Origin: Azolla caroliniana
Taxonomy: Eukaryota > Plantae > Polypodiophyta
Length of the DNA: 64,000 bases
Direction: 5' to 3'
Assembly: GCA_043228905.1 (NCBI GenBank)
Contig: JBHGNT010000009.1
Span: 21,390,001-21,454,000, forward strand
Part shown: piece by piece, positions 41,786 through 54,464 of the stretch
Numbering within the stretch: position 1 is the stretch's first letter
Layout of the letters: every line of letters starts with the position of its first letter
The notes under the pieces: model-generated
Seen by the model: only the letters and a program-made list of their open reading frames with translations
Told to the model about the DNA's origin: nothing
Databases searched by the model: none
Translations under genes and position numbers: made by a program

Positions 41786-44700
41786 ACGTGGGAGCAAGCG
41801 GCAAGCTAAGTGATGTATTGTTTGGCGTCATGTGTTCATGACCACATGCTCGGGTACATTCGAGAAGCTGAGATGCCAAAGGAAGTGCGGGAGAATCTAC
41901 GGAAGATTTTCGCCGCCAACACAACCGTGAGAAAGCTTCAACTCTGCCAAGAGTTGAACAACATCCAACAAAGGGATATGTCCATCACAAGCTACACCTT
42001 GAAGATCAAGGAGCTTTGCGACTCGCTCGTCTTGATATGCATCAATGTGGACGATGATGAGATGGTGCAAATTTGCCTCGGCGGCCTTGCACCACGGTTT
42101 GGCGCGATGAGGATTGTCGTAGTAGCACGGGAGAATCCGCCCTCCTTCTTCGATCTTCAATCCATGTTGTTGGTCAAAGAAAACCATGTTTGAACGAGGA
42201 GCAACGCCTCGAAAGGCCACATGCTCTACACGTATTCAGATAGAGGAAGAGGACGAGGCCAAGGACCAGGCGGATGAGGCCCGGTTTACGAAAACAACTC
42301 TCACTTACGACAACAAGATGGAGGCCATCGAGGAACCTTCGGAAGAAGGGGGAGCCACCATTCCGGTTCGAGCCGACAAACCTCAATCGAATGCGGATAT
42401 TGCGGCAAAGTTGGCCACCACGAAGAAGAGTGCCGAAAGAAGATGTGTGAGTCAGCTTCCACTAGTCGACAACTCACCAATTACGCCCCCGACTCCGAGT
42501 ACGACGACTACGGTGGAGTATTCGTAATGAGACAAAGAGCTAATTCTATGTTGGCCTCTACTTCTACTAGTGCCTCCGGTCCGGAAGACTAATGGTTCAT
42601 TGATTCCAGTGCCTCGAACCATATGACGTCACATCAAGAATGGTTCCGAGAACTTCGAGAGCCGGACCAACCTGGCTATGTCAAAACCGGAGACAACACT
42701 ACGCACCCGATTCGGCACATCGGCAATGTTCCATTCGGAAAATAAGGTAAGCAAACCTACATTAAAAATGTCTTGCATGTACCAACCATTACGAAGAATT
42801 TGGTCTCTGTCGGCCAAATTGTTGAGCAAGGGATGCAAGTATGATTTAATCAAGGCGGTTGCTTCATCAAAAAAGTGGGTTGACTCATCGCGCGCGGACG
42901 AAGAGAGGGCTGAATATTCATTCTCGACTCGCACAAGATGAAATCGGCCATGTTCGCAAAAGGCACAAAAACCGAGTTCGACATAGAGTTATGGCACAAG
43001 TGGATTGGCCATATCAACCTTCAAAAGCTCAAGGCGATGCAATTGAAAGGAGTCGTCATCGGACTCCTGACCTTCAAAGAGAGAGAGATTGAAGGCGTAT
43101 GTGCGGCTTGCCAATTTGGCAAGCAACATCAGCATCCATTTCCGAAGGAGAGGAATGTAAGCAAAGGCGTATTCGACGTAATTCATTCCGATGTATGGGG
43201 ACCGGCTCAAACGGCGACATTCGGCGGATGCCGATACTACGTGACCTTTATCGACAACTTCTCTAGGCACACTTGGATCTACCCGATGGGCAAAAGAGTG
43301 AAAATGTTCAGACACTTCCAAAAATTCAAGAGTGGAGTCAAAAAAGCTACGAGTCAACACGTACGATGCCTTCTATTGGATGGAGGCAAAGAATATTTCT
43401 CGGATGAGTTTATGACGTATCTTCAAAAAGAAGGTATTCGATGAGAATTTTCGTCTCGACATACGCCCCAATAGAACGGAGTAGCCGAACGCAAGAATTG
43501 GCACATCCTTGAAGTGGCACGACCTATGCTTAACGAAAAGCACATGCCGAAATCGTATTGGGCAGAAGCAGCTAACACGACCGTCTATCTCATGAATCGG
43601 TGTACGACATCTGGTGTGCATGAACTCATGCCGCACAAGAAGTTTTTCGGAAAGAAGCTGTATCTATCACATGTTTGGATATTCGGTTCCATTGCGTATG
43701 TGCACATCCCCGACGAAAAGCGACAAAAGCTCGACCCAAAGTCAGAGAAATGTATCCTCATAGGATACTCACTGGAGCAAAAGGGGTACAAGTGCTATAA
43801 CCCCTCAACTCAAAAATCTTGAGTAAGTCGAGACCTCGTTTTCGACGAGTCTGCATCTTGGTACGCACTAGAGACAACTTTGACTCCGATTCCGCTAGAC
43901 TCGGAATCCGCTGAAATAGAGATAGAAGCCAAAGATCGACTCACGCGAGATATCCATTTCAATTGCGCTAAGCGAGTATTACGATACGTGAGCGGCACAA
44001 TGGATTACAACGTTCTCTACGCATCGGCCACACCAATACGACTCGAAGGGTACTCAAATGCGAACTGGGCAGGCTACAAAGCTGATCAATGATCGACCTC
44101 CGGATTTGTCTTCTCGCTCGGTAGCAGAGCAATATCTTGGAAGAGTAAGAAGTAGCCTACCGTCGCACTTTCGAGTACAGAGGCCGAATATAGGGGCGCA
44201 ACCGTAGCTGCATGTGAAGCCGTATGGCTCAAGAGGATTTTGAAGGATTTGGGCGTTACCATCAAGGATCCGATTCCCATTTACTACGACAACATAAGAA
44301 GTATATATTTGGCTCGGAACCCGGTGTTCCACACACGCACAAAGCATATCGAAGTGCACTACCACTTCATTCAAGAGCATGTTCAGGTCGGAGATGTTGA
44401 TCTTCTACACATCAACACGAATCTTTAGACATTCGACATCTTCACCAAGGCCCTAGGAGTCGACAAGCTTCGACAATTCATGTCAGACCTTGGATTGATG
44501 ATCCTTGACTTGCCAAGTTTGAGGGGGAGTACAAGCGAGAACCGGATACCATCCGAACCCGGTACGAGCCGAAGTGGACACCGGAGATCATCCGAACCGG
44601 ATACCAACCGAAGCGAACATCAATCGAAAAGAATTGACCCGAGTTGAGCTTGAGGGGGCGTGTTGAGAATCAAGCTCAACATAGTGCAATGTGTGAACAC

Positions 44701-44850
44701 ACCTTTTGAGAATCTATGATTACTCAAAGGTCAAGAGTCACACCACTACTCTCTACACATTAACTATGTGTCATAGAATCATATTCTATGACACATAACA
44801 AATGAGTTACATATTCCCCATGACTATGAATCTTCACATTCCCCAAGAGA
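41786..44850 (+). mobile_element. Ty1/copia element of the same family as 1-3568; 5'-truncated, RT largely deleted
   Basis: Gag (CVHDHMLGYIRE, ENPPSFFDLQSML), integrase (VIHSDVWGP) and RNaseH (IYLARNPVFHTRTKHIEVHYHF). The sequence jumps from integrase to the end of RT at ~43945. PPT GAGCTTGAGGGGG is followed by LTR TGTTGAGAAT at 44661. Confidence 0.92.
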
Positions 44851-45059
44851 GAGAGAGAGGTTGTTGTAGTTAGTTAATGAAGAGAGAGGGTACTTGGTTA
44901 ATTTGCATTCACACCGATTGTCAATCTCTTTTTGATGCGAATGGTCAGGTTATCCTTGCAATTGAGCACAGATTTTGCATGCCCTACATATTTTTGTTTG
45001 AAAGGGGTCTTGTTAATAGTGCATAGGCGGAGAGAGAGAGAGAGAGAGAGATTTTATTA

Positions 45060-46298
45060 TCGTCTTCGGAGGTCAAATATGACCTATGAGACCAAAAATA
45101 TTACATTTCACGTGATACATGTGAAAGTGAGTAGTGACTCTCGATGTTCAAGAACTTTACCAATGAATGTTGCAATCGAGAGTGCACATTGTGGTTGTGA
45201 GAGGAATTCATGCAAGGATTGGGCTTGGTTGAAGAAATGTGGAAAGCATGGTCAAATATGATCAAAGGCAGAGCATTGTATCAAAGTGTGATATTCAGAC
45301 TCGCAAACTTGTTTAAGGTAATGTGTGCATAGCCGACCACTCTCTTCACTTGTGCCCCAACGCCCTGTCTCGCATCGCAATGCATGTGAGCTAAGTCGCA
45401 TGGAAGCCATGGTTCGAATGGCAGATAACGGTATGGGCTCTAACATGTATCGATGTGTACGATTTCCCTGTTCCGCAATGAATATGGTTTTGTAGTTAGG
45501 TGCAACATGTGTAGTATAATGTGTGAAGCGTGAGCCTCCACATTTGTCCTATGTCATGATACATTGGCGTTGCAAAAAAGCCTCATTTACAGAGGAATCT
45601 AATGATGCATCATGAAGCAAGTGTCTCGCATCTCATCTACCAAACCATTTTTCTATATCTTGCATCCAACTGGAACACAAAATTTTGCTTTTATGCGTCT
45701 TTTGGATCTTTTTGCTTGCTTCCCATGCAATTCTAGGAAGTCGATGTGAGGGAATTTTTTGAACCTTAAGCATGTATTCAACAATTCTTTCCACGGCCAT
45801 GATCTCAATGGGAAGCGATTCCGTCTCAAGGAGGAGGAGGGTGTAGGGCATTTGTTTCTTAACGTGTAGAAACTTTGTAAGAAAATGTTTTTGGACATTT
45901 TCAAACTCTTTCCACATAGATTTAGGGATGCCACCGCCCCATACTTCCACCCCATAGAGAAGAACCAATGTCACCAAAGTGTCGAAAAGATATTTCTTGA
46001 GGACCCAACACTTAATATCTCCAAGATTGCATGTGTTCTCAAATGCATAGTATGCTCACATACCTGCCTCTAAGGGGCATGTAGCACATTCATTCCATAT
46101 ATGATTTGAAGGAACTTCAAGGCCAAGATATTTGAAACTTTCCACACATTCAAGTGGCTCATTGTTGTACAAAATGCATGGTTTATCTCTTTTTTGGCTC
46201 TTCACAAGCATAATCTTTGTTTTAAAGCTATTGACACTTAATTTAGTATGCATGCAAAATGTTTCCAATGTCTTCATAAGCTTTTGTGCATCTCCTAA
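45060..46298 (-). mobile_element. Non-LTR retrotransposon (LINE) 3' fragment
   Basis: RT end KTKIM...VESFKYLG, then LLYGVEVWG and the C-terminal SSHALRCETGRW...RLC...ESEYHTLIQC zinc-finger-like motif. It ends near a (GA)n tract. Confidence 0.8.
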
Positions 46299-46747
46299 AA
46301 AGGAATAAAATTCCTTAAATCACGATGCATTGTAAGACTGGATTTGAACAATGCACCTTTAGTTAGGAGTCAATATGTCTATCCACTAGCCCATTAACTC
46401 TCCATTCAACTGTCTTTCGGAGACATGGTCGAAAAGTGAGGGTCGAAAGTGGTTGGCCTCACTCTTTCCTTTCGCAACAGGCTATGTTCCCTATTTATTA
46501 AGGTAAGTTGCCTCCGTCTCATCGTGAACACCTACAATGTTGTGATTACATTGTTTAGTAATACATTTACTTGGTGGTTTAACGGTCGCCTCTCCAGGAA
46601 TGGAAGGTAAAAATGTTAGAACTTCTCTTCTATTCAAATCGGAGAATTTATGGAGGAATTTGGGTTTCGAATTCCCAAAAACCACACGATTATATAGCCA
46701 AAGAGGACATGTTGCGCCTAAAATCATGCCAAGTGCCGCTGATGTGG

Positions 46748-46752
<5 letters not shown>
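46299..46752 (-). pseudogene. nad4: NUMT: mitochondrial nad4 exon fragment plus probable start of the following group II intron
   Basis: AALGMILGA..LWLYNRVVFGN.KP.FLHKFSDLN.REV matches plant nad4. Homology stops after FLPSIPG, where intron nad4i1399 is expected. Several codons are in the unedited C state. Confidence 0.85.
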
Positions 46753-46799
<47 letters not shown>

Positions 46800-46807
<8 letters not shown>

Positions 46808-47552
46808 GAGGGAATAAGCAAGTTTGCCTTTCAGCTTAACTAAGTGCAACTGTCTGTGCTTCTTGATCTTTGAATCTTGCTAATAGTGCATATCCATTCT
46901 TCTAGCTATTTGTATCGTTGTCTGTCTCACACCAACCTACAGATCCTCATCTTTCGCTGCATAATATCTTCCATATTCATCAGGTACAAGAAGTTCAACG
47001 ATTTTATACAATCGGTCGGCTTCGTAGTCTGAAAACCATTCGATGTTGGGGGTTACATGGAACGTGGCATTGGAATCCAGTAACCACGTCCACGCATCTT
47101 GTGCATTGTATAGGATCTCACCGGTCAACGAGTCTTCCGAGCAGAGTGAGACGACTTTCACATTTGAAACCGGAACCGATAACCGAAGCCAACCTAGATA
47201 CCAGTAGGATGAAAAGCCGACTTTCTAGCAATCAGAAGTTGAGCTTGAAGGGGTGTGTTGAGAATCAAACTCAGTTTCCCTATGGTGTGAACACACTTTA
47301 AGAATATTCAAGTGTGTGAACCCCCCACTACCATGTAACATAGCTAATGTGTCATAAGAATTAACTTCTATGACACATAGTTAATAGGTAGGTAGTTAAG
47401 TCCCCACCTCTTTCCCAAGAGGTAATAAGAAAGTGTAGAGAGAATGTGACTATATAAGCACCTTCTCCTCTCCTTTGTAATGAGTTGATTGTTATTTTCT
47501 TGTGAATACAATTTTCTTATTTTTTGTCTATTATGTGTCGACTATTTCTCTC

Positions 47553-47614
<62 letters not shown>

Positions 47615-48561
47615 CTATTTTGTTGCATAGAATGATACGTTTGATTCTTTACACCACTATCTTGCCGAAAGTGGGAGTTGTTTTCATGGGATGGACCTCT
47701 ACCGTTTCGTCCTTGTCTAAATCGACCTCTTCTTGCGCGATTGTGTTGTCTACCTCTGTCCGAGTGTGAGTAGAGCATGTGCCCTTCCGATGCAATGCTC
47801 GTTGTTAGGACATGGTTCTCTTCGACCAACAACATTGATTGAATGTCGAAGAAGGAAGCAAGATTCTCCCTTGCTAGGACAACGGTCCACATGGTGCCGA
47901 ATCGTGGTGTTAGGCCGCCAAGGCATATTTGCACCACCTTTTCATCATCAACATTGGCGTTTATTGAGCAGAGTGAGTCGTATAGCTCCTTGATCTTCAA
48001 GGTATAGCTTGTGATCGACGTGTCTCTTTGTTGGAGATTATTCAACTCTTGACGGAGTAGAAGCTTTCTTGTGGTTGTATTGGCCACAAAGATTTTCTCG
48101 AGATTTTCCCAAGCATCCTTCGGCGTCTTGGCTTCTCGAATGTAGTCGAGCATGTGGTCGTGAACACATGACGCCAGGCAATACAACACGTGATGTGTCG
48201 CTTGCTCCCATGTTGGGCAGTCAATGTGTATTGGGTTGGGTTTCATTTCTTGAGCTCCTTCAATGTAACTCCAATAGTCTTGGGCGACAAGAAAAGAGAG
48301 TCGATACGAGGTAGGCAGAAAAACCAGAAAACTATATTTCACAAGAATGATAACCGGCGTTTTACAAAGGAGAGGAGAATGTGCTTATATAGTCACCTTC
48401 TCTCTACGCTCGCTTACTAAAACTACCTCTCGGGAAAGGGATGAAACCTTAACAACCTCATAAGTATGTGTCATAGGAGCTACGTCTATGACACATTACT
48501 TAATTGTTACATAGTAGTGGTGTGTTTACACACTAGTGGAAGTTGAGTTTGATTCTCAACT
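46800..48561. mobile_element. Scrambled copia fragments: minus-strand protease piece, plus-strand PPT+LTR (from 47256), minus-strand gag (47640-48320) and LTR start (~48561)
   Basis: WLLDSNATFHVTP (minus). GAGCTTGAAGGGG followed by TGTTGAGAATC (plus). Gag CVHDHMLDYIREAKTPKDAW (minus). The reverse-complement LTR start gttgagaatcaaactcaac lies at 48542-48560. Confidence 0.8.
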
Positions 48562-50707
48562 CTATATACTCAATTCACTCCTTGTACCTATCATATCCAC
48601 TCCTATGATTCTCTATACTCAATTCACTCCTTATACCTATCTTATCCATACCTATGATTCTCTGTGCTCAATAATTCAGTATATGAATCTGAGGGAAGTT
48701 CAATCATCTATGATCCCTTGTCTATTGGGAGGAGGAATGGTTTCAAAATAGGGGGTTCACAATTATTTCCTCAGTTGATTGATCTTCATGTATCCAAAGC
48801 ACAAGGGAATTAATCAACAAGAGAGTATTATCTACAATATGAACAAGTTCTAGTACCACTTATATTAGGAAATAATGTCACTGTTCCATCTTCGCTACAT
48901 CCCATTATTATACGTGGTTGTGTAATCCATGGTGACCAACAGATTGGTGTGGTGGATGCCAATCCTCTACAAATGATTAGGAAGTTCTAATACCACTTAT
49001 TAGGAAACAAAGTTGTTGTTCCACATTAACGATATCCCATGTTATTGTACATGGCGGTGTAGTCCATGCTAACCAAGAAATTAGTGTTAGATGTTAATCC
49101 TCTAGAAATTTGAGATTGGCAATATTCCATGTGGCTCAAATGATGCATCTAATGTTGGATAATTATAATTTTCCTAGGCTACAAATGACGAACATAGGAA
49201 TCCATGTACCAAACAATTTCTCAAATGAAGAGATCATCCATATAGGTGCAACAATGTTCATAGTCGATCCAAAGTGTGCATCCTCAAAATGATGTCCTTT
49301 TCATTTACATAATATAATATATCCTAAACAAGTAACAAGACATGAGTAGAAAATGGTGTAAGCATGCAATAGAAGATGTGGGGTACGACCATGTATGACA
49401 ACGAAAAACAAATGGTCCTCGAAGAAGCTTATGGAGGAACAACGACCAGACATTATTTAGGGAAAGGACCCCTAATGATGCAAGGCAAAGTGAAGTGGGG
49501 TGTCTTATTGTCTAGAAAAACACCCATAACAAGGCAAGTGATCATGTCAAGGATTAAGATTGGGTGGGATAATAGAAAGGGTGTGGATGCTCCAACAGAC
49601 CATAGTTTTGCAAGAACCATTTTGAAGCCTTAAGTGTTGAGGTATACACCCACACACGCACACCCACACACACACGCACACACACACATAAAGGGGAGCC
49701 TTCGACGTTGACATATACAAAGGGAACTAGCAACCACTTTCATTGGGACATTTGGAGACGCGATCAAGACTCTATCGGTGAGGTTAAACTCTCTACATCA
49801 TATCCATTATTTCAACAACCAAGGTATAACACATGGTAATATTTAGTGAAATGGGATACTGATGATATTTTATGTTTCTCTTGAACTTTGCTCGAGATGG
49901 TCGGTGTGGTTAAGAACTCCTAATCCATTATTCTCCTTAGCCAAAGGCTCCATGTTTACCTAAAAATGTCAACAAGTTTGTCTGTGTTGCATATATGATT
50001 GAATGGTTGTATGTGTGTGTGTATTATGGTTGTATGAACGTATGTGTGTGTACGAATGAATGCATGCATGTGTATGATAAAATGAATGTGGGTGTATGAA
50101 GTTATGAATGTGTAAAAATATACGAATAAATATATGTGTACGAATCTGAGTATGATTTAATGAATTTGTATAAACAAGAAACACTCGATGTTTGTCAACA
50201 AGTCATTTAACGACGTACTCTAGCAGGGAAAGGTTAGTAAATTTTGGTAGGTTTCGGCAAGGGACACACATTTATTGCATTGTTTAACGATCGATGCCTT
50301 TAATGAAAACAAGGCACGATGCTATGTTAGTGTGGTGAAACGAGCTGATAAGGAAGTTTAATACATGCATCTCAACGGCCTTGGGCAGATGGGACATGAA
50401 CGCAGATTTCCGTGATTTTGTAATGGATGGTTCATCTACTTTATATCTGGGTATGATCAGTATTCATTGTCATCAACGCGCTTTGCTAAATGTATGTATG
50501 TATATGTATGGTGATTCATCGGCCGAGATAAGGAGTTATGCAAGACAAACCGATGATGATGTGCGATTGACGTTGGATCTTGCATACTACTAGCATAAGG
50601 ATCAAAGTCTCCACGTTCCGTGTGTGAGAGAGGACGGGAAGGTTATAAACTTATAAGGTTAAAAGTAAGTAGTAGAGAGAGAGAGGGAGGGGCATTTATA
50701 TCTATTT

Positions 50708-50748
50708 ATCCCACATATGGAAGCCTGCTTAGGTGCAGCCTATAAGTA
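50708..50748 (+). promoter_or_regulatory. U2 snRNA promoter (USE and TATA)
   Basis: ATCCCACATAT at 50708-50718 (plant USE consensus RTCCCACATCG) and TATAAGTA at 50741. Confidence 0.85.
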
Positions 50749-50773
50749 TGGAAGCAGAAGCTCTTACCAAATT

Positions 50774-50972
50774 ATACCTTTCTTGGCCTTTTGGCTAAGA
50801 TCAAGTGTAGTATCTGTTCTTATCAGTTTAATATCTGATACGTGGTCTATAAGGCCACATGATATTAACCTAATTTCTTTCATGGGGGCAGCACCCGCTT
50901 GAGGCAGCTTGCTGTCTCTGGGAGCTGCGTGCGTCGCCTCGGTATAGCACTGACGCCGAGGTCATACAGGCG
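50774..50972 (+). ncRNA. U2: U2 spliceosomal snRNA
   Basis: ATACCTTTCTTGGCCTTTTGGCTAAGATCAAGTGTAGTATCTGTTCTTATCAGTTTAATATCTGATA matches the plant U2 5' end, including the branch-pairing GTAGTA. Stem-loop IV has loop ATAGCACT. The 3' end is approximate. Confidence 0.95.
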
Positions 50973-51148
50973 CGCCCCCCCAACTACAATTTATTGGAAA
51001 TCCTCCACTCTTCTTGGGAAGGAAGAATAAAATGTATGGTAGTATCTGCTGCAGACATTGGAAGTCATTTTGCGACTAATTCGAAAGTGGTATGTGACAG
51101 AAGTGCCGCTTGCAGGTGAACTTCTTGAGTGGAAAACTTGCATGTTGT

Positions 51149-51259
51149 CGGATCTGAATTATAGTCATGCATATGACTAAACACACGGATCTGAATTATA
51201 GTCATGCATATGACTAAGCACACGGATCTGAATTATAGTCATATGCATATGACTAAACA
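51149..51259. repeat. 37-bp tandem repeat x3 with internal palindrome
   Basis: cggatctgaattaTAGTCATgcatATGACTAaacaca repeated three times between the U2 and U1 3' ends. Confidence 0.9.
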
Positions 51260-51401
51260 AGCAGTGTACACATTCCAACTAGTTACAGGGGGGATTAGAT
51301 GGATGTGGACGACATGAGTGGAGGCGACGAATGGGAAAGTAAGTTACTGAGGGGTGGGGGTGGGGGGCATGGTCGGTTGCAGGAACAGATTATTGTAATG
51401 C

Positions 51402-51441
<40 letters not shown>

Positions 51442-51885
51442 GGCAAGGGGATATATGATGGATGTGCACATGGAAAATACCTCCATATGTGCATTGTGCT
51501 GAGACAACCTATGTCCGATTCACGCGGCAAAAGGTGAAACTAGATTTCACAGTCAAACGCTCTCTCTATTCTCTGGATGGGCCACTAATGCCGCGCTTGT
51601 CATGGGCGTGCCCAGAAAATGGAAATAATATGCACGACTCGGAGAACAAATCAATGGCCAATGTAGGGCTGGTACAAGATTTAACTTCCCGTTAGCCTAC
51701 TCACGATTCTCTTTGCACTTACTTCCTTTTGGAGGATGTGCCTTGACAGTCTAATCGTTTACAAGCACACACAGTAAGCTCCACCCAAACTTCCCCATAT
51801 ATATATTAACAATAAATCCACATTTCAGGAGGATTTGCAAAGACCAGCAGCTTACTAGTTAAGTTTTTGATTGGAGAAATTTTGA

Positions 51886-52050
51886 AAGGGGCCGCGCGAA
51901 CGCGAGCCCCCGCTACCACAAATTATGACGTGCACTCTCCCACATTGGGGAGATGCTAGGGCAAACAGCCCCTTCCGGCAGTGCAATGGAGGCGCCGGCC
52001 CTAAGCCATTGGCCTTGGTGATCACCGATAGACCACGCCCAGGTAAGTAT
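51886..52050 (-). ncRNA. U1: U1 spliceosomal snRNA
   Basis: The minus strand reads ATACTTACCTGG, U1-70K loop GATCACCAAG, U1A loop ATTGCACT, Sm site AATTTGTG and terminal hairpin GGGGGCTCGCGTTCGCGCGGCCCCT. Confidence 0.96.
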
Positions 52051-52074
52051 GTTCAGCCGCTGCTCACAACCCTC

Positions 52075-52115
52075 TATTTATAGCTCCCTTCCTCTCCGTC
52101 CTCTCTATGTGGGAC
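52075..52115 (-). promoter_or_regulatory. U1 snRNA promoter (USE and TATA)
   Basis: The minus strand reads GTCCCACATAG, 22 nt, TATAAATA, 24 nt, then +1. Confidence 0.85.
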
Positions 52116-52214
52116 AAACACTGACACATTACACTCTCATCTACACCTACACTTTTCCATTTCTGCTCTTTTTGAATGCATCTACATACATATTCATTCG
52201 CCCATCATGACACA

Positions 52215-52254
<40 letters not shown>

Positions 52255-54464
52255 CTACCACTACCACTACCACTACCACTAACCATCCCATCATGCTTCT
52301 ATCATTGCACCATTTATGATATATACGTAATGTGGTTTTGCCGACATACTTTGCAGCTGCTTAAGATGCAATACAAAGCGCAACGGAACTAGTTGGGACC
52401 CACTCACTACCGTTGCACATTACTCAAATGTTGCAAACAACGTTGGACAATTTGTCTAGGCTAGAAATGGGGGAAATAGGACTTCTGTACCAAATGTCTC
52501 TCGAATGAAGAGACAATCTATAATATATATATATATATATATCAGTGAAAAATGTTCACAATCTATAATCCAAATAGTTGGATCCTCAAAATGACTTCAT
52601 TTTTACATCAATCCGAAAGGGCTCACATAATATGAGTAGGAAACGTTGTTGGTATGGAATCAAAAGTGTTAGGGACAACCATATTAAATAAGCCATGAAA
52701 CAAATGGTACTCAAACAAGCCATGAAGGAGAATAACAAGCACATGTTTGTGCCAAGGGAAAGGACATTACACTTGCTTCTCTACAAAAATGCAAATATTC
52801 TTAACTATACATGTGATAAGTTTCAATTATTGGGTCAAACAATAGAACAGAGTTTGGACGCTCCATCAAATCATAGTTTTGCTCAAACCATTTCGGATCC
52901 TTAGGTGTTGAATATAAAGGGGACTACCTATCCCAATTCCTTACAACATCTTGAGATGCTATGGAGACTCTGTTGGCGAGGCTATTATGCTCACTTCTTC
53001 CATTTCGTTATTCCAACAACCAAGTCATAGCATAAAGGTAGTATTCGCCAATATGGGACACTAGTGATACTTTATGTTTGTCTCTCGTCCCTCGCTTGGG
53101 GTGGTCGATATGGTTAAGAACTCCTATTCCATTCTTCTTGTTCATCTCTTGCTCTTTGCTCATTGTGAGTTTGATACGGAATAGTTGGTAAAACATATAT
53201 CAATATATTCATATATGCGTGTGTATAAAGGAATAGTTGTAGATCAAGATCAAATCGCAATGCCGTCGAAAGAATAAGGATTTCCACCTCTCTAGTCTAA
53301 TATTTCCTTGACTCAAAGTTCCTCGAGCCTATATTTGTGGAAGAGCTATTTCTTGAAAGATATGATTACACGAGGCAATTGTTGGGAAGCCTGGATCCCT
53401 CCGGATAGGATCGGATCCAATGTGAACCAGAAGTAGCCCGAAAGTTACATGAGTACCAGAGGTATCCGGATTTGGATCCAATGCGCCTGTTGAGGCCATA
53501 CTTGTAAATAGGCTGAAAGTTATATGAGTATAAATAACTAGGGCAAAACTTATTGTATAGAGTAGTGAGTTGGTTAGTAGTTATCTCTATACAGAGAGAC
53601 ATAAAGCTTTTCTATTGTAACCACCAGTTGGCGAAGACAGAGCTCGAGGTCATTGCCTCTGAGTCTCGCATTGTTGTACCTCTCACCTATAGTGATCCAC
53701 TTCAGCTACTACAATTTCATTTCGTGTGGTCACCGGCAAAGATCATTTCGCCTTCGTCGTCGCCCGCTAAACGTTGCACACCACCACATTACCACCGCTT
53801 ACACATCAATCCACCGCACTGTTGATTCTAGTTCGGGTGCGTCTTCGACAACAAAGAACAACCCGAGAATAAACCTAAAACAGCTAATTCATCTCCACCA
53901 TAACCACTAGCAGATAGAGGCCCGATGCTTGTCCGCGCCTGTGTGACAAGCACATCGCAACGTTTGGCACGTGTGTCACGCGCCACGCGACATCTATTTG
54001 GTGAACCCGACGTGAACAACACAAGGTGGTAATGGAGGCAACACGAATGATGGATGTGGTCTTGCTTGCTTACGACTTAGAGGAGTCGATTAGAATAGAA
54101 GGTGGTCCAAGGCTCTTAATCCTTCCATTTGTAAGGAAGGCCATTGAAATGTTGTTGCATGATGATAAGGATAGAGCATAGTATGAACCATGCGTACCAT
54201 TCGTGCATTCGTGTTCGAGAATGATTCAATCATTCGAGAATGATAAACACTCTCGAAGAATGATAAATACCATACTTTTGGATAAATGGTTTACTATAAG
54301 GTAAACATTTTTTCACGGAAAAAAATTTTAAAAAATTGCAAAAAAAAAACATATTACCTTCTTAATAACAATATGCTTTTTTTCGTAAATTCTAATAACA
54401 ACTACCCAAAATGCCTAGTCTCCAAAAAAATCCTCAATGAGGTGTTACATCAAAACGAGCATTC

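Noticed and set aside
48840-49115. ~135-bp diverged tandem duplication
   Set aside because: Real but featureless, with no coding or structural signal.
50717-50902. 61-aa ORF
   Set aside because: Overlaps the U2 promoter and RNA.
41013-51259. CRISPR-like arrays (111-bp and 37-bp repeats)
   Set aside because: Head-to-tail repeats with no unique spacers and no cas genes, in a eukaryotic context.
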